A DNA stretch of 64,000 bases. Origin: Gemmatimonadota bacterium. GTDB taxonomy: Bacteria; Gemmatimonadota; Gemmatimonadetes; Gemmatimonadales; GWC2-71-9. Position numbers and translations under genes: made by a program. Where the stretch lies: contig JAZDCY010000014.1 in NCBI GenBank assembly GCA_036679645.1, positions 64,001 through 128,000 of the forward strand, written 5' to 3'. Within the stretch, counting starts at the first letter, position 1, and each line of letters starts with the position of its first letter. This document shows positions 10,101-18,039 of this stretch, piece by piece. The notes below the pieces were generated by a model. It had not been told where the DNA came from. It saw nothing but the letters and a program-made list of their open reading frames with translations, and searched no databases.

Positions 10101-10412
10101 ATGCCGGCACAACCGCGTAACCCTGAGGACCTCATCAAGCCACTCGGCGCCCTTGTCGAGGGCGAGGCAAGGAGGGCCCTCTCGGAAGCGCAACTTGCAC
10201 CAGACCCGCAGCGACTCGCCGATGGATGGGAGCGGCGTTTCATCACCGACGCGCGCCGCGCGGAAGAAGTCATGGCACTGTACGAGCAACTCGGATTCGA
10301 GGTCGCCGCCGATGCAATTCGCCCGGAGGAGTTGGGCGACGAGTGCGACGATTGCCAACTGGCACTGCTCCAATTCAAGACGATCTACACCCGACCACGA
10401 CGCGCCGAATAG
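10101..10412 (+). CDS. Hypothetical 103-aa protein with a CxxC motif, inside the bcr operon
   Basis: Starts 2 nt after the bcrD stop and ends 20 nt before had; WERRF...ECDDC...TIYTR. Confidence 0.7.
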   Translation: MPAQPRNPEDLIKPLGALVEGEARRALSEAQLAPDPQRLADGWERRFITDARRAEEVMALYEQLGFEVAADAIRPEELGDECDDCQLALLQFKTIYTRPRRAE

Positions 10413-10432
10413 CGGCGCGCGGGAGAACCACA

Positions 10433-11455
10433 ATGCAAGCGGCAGTCTATCACGGTCCCAACCAGCCCCTTCGGATCGAGGACGTTCCGGTCCCCACCCC
10501 CGGCGCAGGAGAGGCACTCGTCAAGGTCGCAGGCTGCGGAATGTGCCACACCGATTTGCACTACCTCGACCATGGCGTGAAGCCGTTCAAGACACCGCCG
10601 CTCATTCTCGGGCACGAGGTCGCGGGTACCATCGAGCGCCTTGGCAGCGGGACGAACGGTTGGTCCGACGGAGATCGCGTTCTCATTCCCAGCGTGTTGT
10701 CATGCGGCCGGTGCCGGTACTGCCGGCAGGGACGGGAGAACCTGTGCGATGAGCTCGTCATGCTGGGCAACAACATCGACGGAGGATACGCCGAGTTCCT
10801 CACCGTCCCGGCACGGGAGATGATACGGGTTCCCGATACGCTGCCGCTCGAGCAGGCATGTGTCGTGGCCGATGCGCTCTCGACGCCGTTTCATGCGGTG
10901 AAACACCGCGGCAAGGTACGGCCCGGCGACGTTGTCGCCGTGATGGGATGCGGCGGCGTCGGACTGAACGTCGTGCAATGCGCCGCCATGGCCGGTGGAC
11001 GCGTCATTGCCATCGATCTCAACGACGACCGTCTTGCGCTCGCCAAACAGCTCGGAGCAGCGCAGACGATTAACCCCGCGGGCATCGAGCGTCTCGACAA
11101 ACACATCAAGAAACTCACCGGCGGAGGCGTGGACATCGCGTTCGAGGCAATCGGCAATCCCGACACGATGCGCGGTGCCTATGCCCTGCTCCGCAAGGGT
11201 GGCCGACTCTGCGTGATCGGCTACGCCGCGGGCGATGTCACGCTCTCGGCCGCGCGGCTCATGTACTACGAGCTGGAGGTCGTTGGCAGCCTGGGGTGCG
11301 GTGCCGGAGAGTACCCGGAGATTATTGCCCTGGTCGAAGCCGGGCGCCTTACGCTCGAGCCGATCGTGAGCGGCTGTCTGCCTCTCGAGCAAATCGACGA
11401 AGGGTTTGATCGGCTGCGACGGGGTGAGGGTGTGCGGTGGGTGGTGACTCCTTAG
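10433..11455 (+). CDS. had: 6-hydroxycyclohex-1-ene-1-carbonyl-CoA dehydrogenase (Had/BzdX; Zn-dependent MDR)
   Basis: CGMCHTD, LGHE, CGRCRYC..C, GCGGVG, VADALSTPFHA; operon context. Confidence 0.82.
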   Translation: MQAAVYHGPNQPLRIEDVPVPTPGAGEALVKVAGCGMCHTDLHYLDHGVKPFKTPPLILGHEVAGTIERLGSGTNGWSDGDRVLIPSVLSCGRCRYCRQGRENLCDELVMLGNNIDGGYAEFLTVPAREMIRVPDTLPLEQACVVADALSTPFHAVKHRGKVRPGDVVAVMGCGGVGLNVVQCAAMAGGRVIAIDLNDDRLALAKQLGAAQTINPAGIERLDKHIKKLTGGGVDIAFEAIGNPDTMRGAYALLRKGGRLCVIGYAAGDVTLSAARLMYYELEVVGSLGCGAGEYPEIIALVEAGRLTLEPIVSGCLPLEQIDEGFDRLRRGEGVRWVVTP

Positions 11456-11457
11456 AC

Positions 11458-11481
11458 GCTCAGGGGCTCAGGGGCTCAGAG
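11458..11481 (+). repeat. Short tandem repeat (GCTCAGGG)x3
   Basis: gctcaggg-gctcaggg-gctcagag immediately after the had stop. Confidence 0.6.
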
Positions 11482-11506
11482 GACGGTGTGGGCGTCCGGG
11501 CGCTCG

Positions 11507-11698
11507 TCAGCCGCCCTCGGGCCGCTCCCGCACGCGCAACCCATGTGACCGCCGCCGCCTGGCAAACAGCGCGGCCACCTCGCCCAATCGCTCAATCCGC
11601 TCGAGCTTCTCACGGAAGGGAAGCGCCAGGAAGTCCTGACGCTGCCGGCGGCGGTTCCCCTCCCATGTCGCGGTGCTCCAATCGGCCCGATCAACCAT
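11507..11698 (-). CDS. Small hypothetical protein, partner of the nucleotidyltransferase (TA-like)
   Basis: 63 aa MVDRADWSTATWEGNRRRQRQDFLALPFREKL...; overlaps the stop of the NTase gene. Confidence 0.6.
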   Translation of the reverse strand: MVDRADWSTATWEGNRRRQRQDFLALPFREKLERIERLGEVAALFARRRRSHGLRVRERPEGG

Positions 11699-12173
11699 CG
11701 CCGGCGTCCCCATGCAGCAGCCGCAGCTCCGCAACATCCGCGAGGTCCTGCGGTCGGCCCGCCTCTCGCTTGAGTCGGAGCAGGGCCTGCAACCGAACGA
11801 CGCGTACCGGGACGCCCGGGGCCACCTCCTCCACCAGCGCGCGCCGGTACTCGTCGTCGAAGTCGAACGGCTCGACGGCGAACACGTCCACCGGGGTCTC
11901 ACGGTGCCGTCCCTTTTCCGCGATCCATCGGGCCCGTACCGCAGGATCACTGAATCCCTCGGCTGTGACAGGCAGCCGCGGCTCATAACCAAGCGACTTC
12001 AGCGCCGCAAACGCCGCCCGCACGTGCTCAGGCACGAGTTTGATGACCAGGTCCAGGTCCTCCGTGAGCCGCCCGTAGCCGTGCGCGTTCACGGCGAGTC
12101 CCCCAACGACGATGTATGGGACACCGGCATCATTCAGCGCACGCGCCACGGCCTCCACGCTCGCAACCCTCAC
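11691..12173 (-). CDS. Nucleotidyltransferase-fold protein (DUF6036/AbiEii-like)
   Basis: VVGGLAVNAHG..RLTEDLDL, VDVF, LLRLKREAGRPQDLADV. Confidence 0.8.
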   Translation of the reverse strand: MRVASVEAVARALNDAGVPYIVVGGLAVNAHGYGRLTEDLDLVIKLVPEHVRAAFAALKSLGYEPRLPVTAEGFSDPAVRARWIAEKGRHRETPVDVFAVEPFDFDDEYRRALVEEVAPGVPVRVVRLQALLRLKREAGRPQDLADVAELRLLHGDAGDG

Positions 12174-12821
12174 CCACTCAACTCCAGCGGCGGTTCGAGG
12201 TCGCTGGTAATCTCATTTATGGTGCAACCGTGCTTGGTGTGACGTCCGGCCGTTATCAGCATCATGTCGTTCATGGCCATCCGGACACAGGGTAGCCTGA
12301 TACAACGGGGAGTCGACCCGAATGGGAAGTACTCCATGGTATGCGAGATCCACGGCACCCTTGTTGGTTCAATAATACCGAATTCTATCCCCCGCGCGCG
12401 TCAATCCAGTGAAAACGACGCCGGGCACCTTCATCGTGTCCGTCCGCCAGACGCTCAGACGCTCGATGGCTATCCAACAGCTATGCCCGGCCGCCAGGCG
12501 CGCGATTGGAGTGCTTGCACGTTGTGGATCACCGCGTCGAAGCACGCGTTGTGGCCCACCAGTGTTCTGAGCGCAGATTCGCCACGCCACTTGGAGATAC
12601 AAAGCAGCAACAACAGTCGCAAAGCGATGTGTCATAGTGGGGAAAAAGCGACGTGATTTCCGCCACCGGAGGATTGCCTGATCCATGAGTTCGACCGGAC
12701 TTGATAGATTCATAGATTTTTCATCGTGCCTTTAGGCCAGGCTCTCTAGACTTATGTGGGGTGCTTGGAAAGTTCGGATTGCCTTTCTGTTGCGGCTGTA
12801 GCTCCATTTGGGGGATCATCG

Positions 12822-13433
12822 ATGCCGCTCGATAGGCACCTCGCAGCTCTTGCGACGGCGGTCGCTATCGGAGCCACGAGCCTCGTAGTCGTGCTTGGCC
12901 TACAGAACCGGTCACTCGAGACTCGCTATGGCGAAGCACGGCGTCTTGCTACGGAACTGTATCCGGGATACGGCGTCCCGGAATTCGCTACTGCTACGCT
13001 GGAGGGTGACTCCGTCGTCCTCGGCGCCGCGCCAGAGTCCGTTCGCCAACTTCTCCTCGTATTTGACACAGAGTGCGACTACTGCCGCGCCACTGTACCG
13101 GCATGGAAACAAGTGCTCAGTGTCCTCGATTCTGCTTCGTATCGGCCGATCCAGGTTCTTGGCATCTCTCTCGACAGTGACAGCGCCACGCGAGTGTACC
13201 TGGAGGACCTCGAGTTCGCTCTTCCGACGGTCACGATGCGCGACCCGAAAACCCTCCAGCTGTATCGTCTTCGGTCAGTACCTCAGACGATCCTCCTGGG
13301 GCCGCGTGGATACGTCATGTTCGCGAGGACTGGCCAGCTCTCGACCCCCGAAGCGGTAGACACTCTGCTTCAAGTAATCAAGCGTGTCGCTGGTGACGTG
13401 TCTTCCACAGAAACTGCAATACGTTCGCATTAG
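12822..13433 (+). CDS. Membrane-anchored thioredoxin-fold (TlpA/redoxin-like) protein
   Basis: N-terminal TM helix, FDTECDYC active site, LGISLD, SVPQT cis-Pro loop. Confidence 0.85.
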   Translation: MPLDRHLAALATAVAIGATSLVVVLGLQNRSLETRYGEARRLATELYPGYGVPEFATATLEGDSVVLGAAPESVRQLLLVFDTECDYCRATVPAWKQVLSVLDSASYRPIQVLGISLDSDSATRVYLEDLEFALPTVTMRDPKTLQLYRLRSVPQTILLGPRGYVMFARTGQLSTPEAVDTLLQVIKRVAGDVSSTETAIRSH

Positions 13434-13506
13434 GGCCATGGAGAACTCCGTTGATTGGGAGCCCTGAGGAACCCACAGTGGGAACCGCAAACTGAAGGAG
13501 GACTGT

Positions 13507-13743
13507 ATGTCGCGCATCACGAAGGTTGCCGCACGAGCTTGTGGTGCGGCTATTGTCGTAGGTGGACTGCTCTTTGGCACGTCCCAAGCCCTTGCAGGCT
13601 CATCAGACGGCTGCTTGTGGGACCCTCCACACCTGGGGTCATGCGCCAACCAGGTCGACTGTCAGTACAAGTGTGATCAGTACTACGGCTATGGGTACTA
13701 CGGCAGCTGCACAGCTGGCTGTTGCCACTGTATCGAGTGGTAG
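13507..13743 (+). CDS. Secreted cysteine-rich peptide (8 Cys, CS-alpha-beta/defensin-like spacing)
   Basis: Strong RBS AAGGAGGA at 13495-13502; 30-aa Sec signal ending ALA; 48-aa mature region C-x9-C-x5-C-x3-C-x11-C-x3-CC-x-C. Confidence 0.8.
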   Translation: MSRITKVAARACGAAIVVGGLLFGTSQALAGSSDGCLWDPPHLGSCANQVDCQYKCDQYYGYGYYGSCTAGCCHCIEW

Positions 13744-13753
13744 CCCAGCGTGC

Positions 13754-13784
13754 CCGGCGGGGTGAGGCTCCCACACCTCGCCGG
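13754..13784 (+). terminator. GC-rich hairpin after the peptide gene (terminator or mRNA stabiliser)
   Basis: CCGGCGGGGTG...CACCTCGCCGG stem with one G-U pair; no U-tract. Confidence 0.45.
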
Positions 13785-13889
13785 CCCTCAGGCTCGGGAC
13801 CGTCAAAGGACGTCTGGAACAGGCGGACGCTACGTTTCCCGACCATAACGCCTCATTTTCGCGCGCGCCCCGGGTTCCGAGGTGCGGCC

Positions 13890-15173
13890 GTGTTGTTACC
13901 GGTGCTTCTTGCGGCGTGCCAGCAGGAGACGATTCTCTTGCCGGGTCGTGGGGCCGCACCTCGGGATTCCTCTGCGATTGATACAAGCGGCACGACAACG
14001 GACACAACGGTAGTCCAGCGCGTGGGACTCGTACTGGCCGTTCGAGTTGGCGGCGAAGATTCAGTGCTCGCGAATGCCCTAGGATGGCAGACCAACGCGA
14101 TTCCCGGCGCTGAAGTTACAGTGCAGCGATCAGGTTCATCGATCCGGCAGACCGATCGAACTGGATTGGATGGGTCGGTAGAATTCCCTGCGCTGTTGCC
14201 CGGCGAGTACCGGGTCTCGGCCATCCGAATTCTGACGCCCAGCGAATCATCCTTGCTGGGTCCTGGGAACGAGGATGTCGACGCCTTTGGGGGGAGTACA
14301 AGTCTCATACTCGAACCGCCTGCGGCCGAGGACACCCTCGTCATCGGTGCTGGTCGCCGTGGCTCACTCGTAATCAGCGAATGGTCTTTCTATATCGCGA
14401 TCATCAACGGGACGCCCTATGAGTTCGGCGGTTTTCTGGAACTCTACAATAACTCAGACAGGACCGTGTACCTCGACGGGAAGCTGTTCGGGGCCGGGTT
14501 TTCGGCGGCGTTTGAAAGCCCCGTCGAGCCCTGCAGCACTTGGGCCACGTACCGGAATGATCCACAAGGTGTCTGGACCGAGACAGTCTTTCGCTTTCCG
14601 GGCTCAGGCCAGGACTACCCCGTAGCGCCAGGGCAGACGATAGTGATGGCGACGGACGCGATTGACCACGGTCAACTTGTCACCGGCGGACTGAACCTTC
14701 GCAATGCACAATTTGAGTTTCTCGGTAGCGGCGATGTCGATAATCCCACCGCCGCGAACATGATTGACGTGGGTCCGCGCCCCTTCACGCTCTTCGCCCA
14801 CGGGTTCTTCTTCTTCACGACTGCGGCGCTTCCCTTTCTCGCTGACGCCGTTGACCTCAGTACCCTCCCGACAGCAAGGCTTTTCGCAAGCGGAAGAGAG
14901 TACGTCCGCATACCAGCCAACAAACTACTGGACGTTGCAGCCTTGCGTTACTTCGGACCGAGCCTCGGGCCAGCGTGTCCGGAAATGGTCCATGCCAGTA
15001 TCGACGGCGCAGCGTTTCTCATGCCAGAGGACAATCCGGGCGGGGCCCGTTCGGTGCAGCGACGCGTCATCGGTAGCTTCGCGACTGGTCGTCAGGTTCT
15101 GCTACGTACCCGTACCAGTGCTCGCGATTTCGACTATCGCGTTCGCACCCCTGGTAGCCTACCCAGGCCCTGA
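13890..15173 (+). CDS. DUF4876-like lipoprotein (Ig-like domain plus lamin-tail-like domain)
   Basis: Lipobox LLAAC (Cys codon 13917); LVISE, FLELYNNSDRTVYLDG, FRFPGSGQDYPVAPG, ATDAIDH, DVDNP, RTSARDF. Start uncertain: GTG 13890 or in-frame ATA 13845. Confidence 0.7.
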   Translation: MLLPVLLAACQQETILLPGRGAAPRDSSAIDTSGTTTDTTVVQRVGLVLAVRVGGEDSVLANALGWQTNAIPGAEVTVQRSGSSIRQTDRTGLDGSVEFPALLPGEYRVSAIRILTPSESSLLGPGNEDVDAFGGSTSLILEPPAAEDTLVIGAGRRGSLVISEWSFYIAIINGTPYEFGGFLELYNNSDRTVYLDGKLFGAGFSAAFESPVEPCSTWATYRNDPQGVWTETVFRFPGSGQDYPVAPGQTIVMATDAIDHGQLVTGGLNLRNAQFEFLGSGDVDNPTAANMIDVGPRPFTLFAHGFFFFTTAALPFLADAVDLSTLPTARLFASGREYVRIPANKLLDVAALRYFGPSLGPACPEMVHASIDGAAFLMPEDNPGGARSVQRRVIGSFATGRQVLLRTRTSARDFDYRVRTPGSLPRP

Positions 15174-15201
15174 TCGAACGGGCCACTGGAAGATCCCTGA
15201 C

Positions 15202-18039
15202 ATGTGCGGCCGTCGCGCAGTCCTCCCGTTCGTCCTCCTGCTGGGGGGAACCATGCACGGCACGCTTGTCTCGCAGGAGCAAGTGGTAGGTCCTCTGATC
15301 AGGGGACGGGTGACCGACCATGTGTCGGCGCTTCCCATCGCGGGAGCGATTGTGGCACTTGAGGGGAGCGGATTCAGTGCTATGACCGACACGGCTGGCA
15401 ACTACAACTTGATCAACTTGCGACCCGGACCGGCCATCCTGCTCGTTCGGATGATCGGATACGCCCCTGCCAGAGTACCGCTCGTTGTTCCACCGTCCGG
15501 CATTCTCCATCGCAACATCGCGCTGGCACGAAATGCCCTTGAACTCGCCGAGATCATCGTGACCGCTGATCCGGCCGGCCGCGCGCGCGGCGAATTGGGA
15601 ACAGCAAGTGTCATTGAACACGACGCCATCGTGAACCAGACGGCGGCGAGCATCGCTGGTATTCTCGAGCTAGTCCCCGGCATACCGCTCGCGGCTCCGG
15701 GCCTCGAGGAAGTGCAGCAGATCCAGCTCCGCACCGCCCCGGTGTCTAGCGGGGGAATAACGGCCGGCCCCAGTGGCGCCGATATCGCAGCGTTCGGCAC
15801 CACTATCATCCTCGACGGAGTTCCGCTGTCAAACAACGCCAACCTACAGAACACCGGACCGCGAGGTGAACTGCGGCCCCCTAGCTCCTCCGGGGGCGGC
15901 ATCGATCTTCGGCGCATTCCGGCATCAACTATCGAGCGCGTGGAGGTCATTCGGGGTGTGCCCTCCGCCCGCTACGGCGATCTGACTCACGGCGTGATCG
16001 TCGTCGATACGCGCGCGGGGCGAGTGTCGCCGGCAGCTACCGTCCGGTACGATGCGCGGACGACTGAAGCCAGCCTCGTCGGGGGATGGCGTTTGACCCC
16101 TGATCACACTGCCACCGCCCACTTCGACGTGGCCCGTACGAGGAAGAACCCCGGTATCACTGACGCCGATGTCCTACGCCTGACGGGACAACTGGCCCAC
16201 CGGGCGGCATTCGGGTTGCAACAGGACCAGCCCGCGACCCGTGCGCAGTTGGAGTTCGACACACGACTCGATTTCTTCCGGGTGGTCGAGGACAATCCGG
16301 AGCAGCCAGACGTTCTCCCTGGTTTCGCGACGCGCGCGAGCGACTTTGGCTTTCGGCTGTCCGAACGTGCCCGATTCCATCCGTCCCCGAACTCTGCCTT
16401 CGTGCTAACGCTGGCAATGGACCACACTCGACAGCGGTCATTTGTCCAGTCGTTCCGCCTCCGAGGAGCGCTCCCGTTCACTGATCGCCTCGAGGAAGGT
16501 CTGGCGATTGGCCGCTACGTGGGGGGCGAGTACTTGTCGCGCGTCGATCTCGAGGGAGATCCGTGGCTTGTTTATGGGCGTGGTGAGTGGGTGGGCGCGC
16601 CACGCGGTCTGGGAGGCCTGGACCATCTGTTGCGCGCGGGGTTCGAATTGCGGCGGGAGTGGAACGAGGGTGCAGGCTACCAATTCGACATCGAGTTCCC
16701 CCCCCAAGTTCGGTTCAACGGAGTACAGGGCTTTGACCGGCCAAGGCGATTCGACGCGGTGCCGCCTCTCGCGACCAGCGCCCTGTACCTGACGGACAGG
16801 ATCTCCGGGCAGCCGCTTCTTGGCATGCCCCTCCAAGTTCAGGTCGGTGCTCGCGTGGATGTTCTCCACCGTGGGACGACCTGGATCTCGGGGTACCGTG
16901 ATCTCGTCTGGCAGCCGCGCATGAACGTAGAGCTGGGGCCTCGTTGGTGGCTCCGCATCCGGGCGGGCGTCGGGAAAACGGCGAAATACCCGTCGCTTGG
17001 AAGCCTCTTCCCTCCCCCCCAATACTTCGACGTCGTCAACGTGAACTGGTTCGTGACCGATCCCGCCGAGCGTCTTGCTGTCTTGACCACGTCCATCAGC
17101 GATCCAACCAATCCAGATCTCGGACTCTCCGCCACCTGGAAGCGCGAGGTGGGCGCCGAAATGTCGCTCGGCCGGCGGGGCGGTTCTATCGCAGTCGTCC
17201 TCTTCGACGACCGAACAACAGGGGCAGTGGGGTTTCGCTCAGTCACTGGTTTCCTCACACGTGCTCGCTACGCCCTGTCCGATTCCTCCGAAGGCACCGG
17301 CGTACCCCCAACCATCATCCAACCACCGGCGTACACGGACACGGTTCCCATTCTGATCGACGAACCCACCAACAACTTGACGGTATCCAGTAAGGGCTGG
17401 GAGGTGTCCGCCAGCCTCCCGGAGATTCCCAAAACCCAAACCCGGCTTGACATCCAGGCGGCATTCATCGAGACAAGGGTCTCCCGCACGGATGTGGTTT
17501 TTGGATCCGGCACTCGGTTCTCCGAGTTTCAACTGAACGGCGCAGTTCCGCGAGCCCCATACTGGGAGGGCGCGACCGGTACCGGTCAGCGACTGACGGC
17601 CACGTTCCGCCTGGTTCACCACCAACCGCTCCTCGGCTTGGTCATCACCGGCACTATGCAGTTCATCCTGCGCGAGTCGAGACGCGACATAGGGGGAACC
17701 GATACGTTGTCTTTTGCCGGCTACGTCACGCGTGCCGGTGAGTTGGTTCCCGTCCCGACGAGTGACCGAACAGCACCCCAGTTCGCAGATCTTCGCCAAC
17801 CCCGTGGCGGCCTGCTGATCGAGCCGCGAGGCACGCCTGATGACTGGCTACTCAGTCTTCAGGTATCCAAAACGCTTCCACTGGGAGGTCGGTTTTCATT
17901 CTACGCGTTTAACGCTCTTGACCGCGAGGGCAGGTTTGCGCGTGCAGGGACCACACCGCGACCGTTTCCCAGGATGCGCTTCGGCCTCGACATCGCCATG
18001 CCGTTGCGCTCGGTTCTCGGTGCCTGGATGGATCCGTGA
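15202..18039 (+). CDS. TonB-dependent receptor with N-terminal carboxypeptidase-regulatory-like domain
   Basis: Signal peptide; IRGRVTD...MIGY; plug motif GGIDLRRIPASTIERVEVIRGVPSARYGDLTHG; long beta-barrel. Confidence 0.9.
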   Translation: MCGRRAVLPFVLLLGGTMHGTLVSQEQVVGPLIRGRVTDHVSALPIAGAIVALEGSGFSAMTDTAGNYNLINLRPGPAILLVRMIGYAPARVPLVVPPSGILHRNIALARNALELAEIIVTADPAGRARGELGTASVIEHDAIVNQTAASIAGILELVPGIPLAAPGLEEVQQIQLRTAPVSSGGITAGPSGADIAAFGTTIILDGVPLSNNANLQNTGPRGELRPPSSSGGGIDLRRIPASTIERVEVIRGVPSARYGDLTHGVIVVDTRAGRVSPAATVRYDARTTEASLVGGWRLTPDHTATAHFDVARTRKNPGITDADVLRLTGQLAHRAAFGLQQDQPATRAQLEFDTRLDFFRVVEDNPEQPDVLPGFATRASDFGFRLSERARFHPSPNSAFVLTLAMDHTRQRSFVQSFRLRGALPFTDRLEEGLAIGRYVGGEYLSRVDLEGDPWLVYGRGEWVGAPRGLGGLDHLLRAGFELRREWNEGAGYQFDIEFPPQVRFNGVQGFDRPRRFDAVPPLATSALYLTDRISGQPLLGMPLQVQVGARVDVLHRGTTWISGYRDLVWQPRMNVELGPRWWLRIRAGVGKTAKYPSLGSLFPPPQYFDVVNVNWFVTDPAERLAVLTTSISDPTNPDLGLSATWKREVGAEMSLGRRGGSIAVVLFDDRTTGAVGFRSVTGFLTRARYALSDSSEGTGVPPTIIQPPAYTDTVPILIDEPTNNLTVSSKGWEVSASLPEIPKTQTRLDIQAAFIETRVSRTDVVFGSGTRFSEFQLNGAVPRAPYWEGATGTGQRLTATFRLVHHQPLLGLVITGTMQFILRESRRDIGGTDTLSFAGYVTRAGELVPVPTSDRTAPQFADLRQPRGGLLIEPRGTPDDWLLSLQVSKTLPLGGRFSFYAFNALDREGRFARAGTTPRPFPRMRFGLDIAMPLRSVLGAWMDP

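Noticed and set aside
13507..13743. Peptide as a radical-SAM, lanthipeptide or other enzyme-modified RiPP precursor
   Set aside because: It has a Sec signal rather than a RiPP leader, and no modifying enzyme or peptidase-ABC exporter lies nearby; disulfide folding fits better.
14764..15201. Long N-terminal extensions in the ORF track (also 4966, 8851, 9669, 10226, 21622, 25507, 36132, 51419)
   Set aside because: They overlap neighbouring genes. Downstream starts fit signal peptides, RBSs and translational coupling better.
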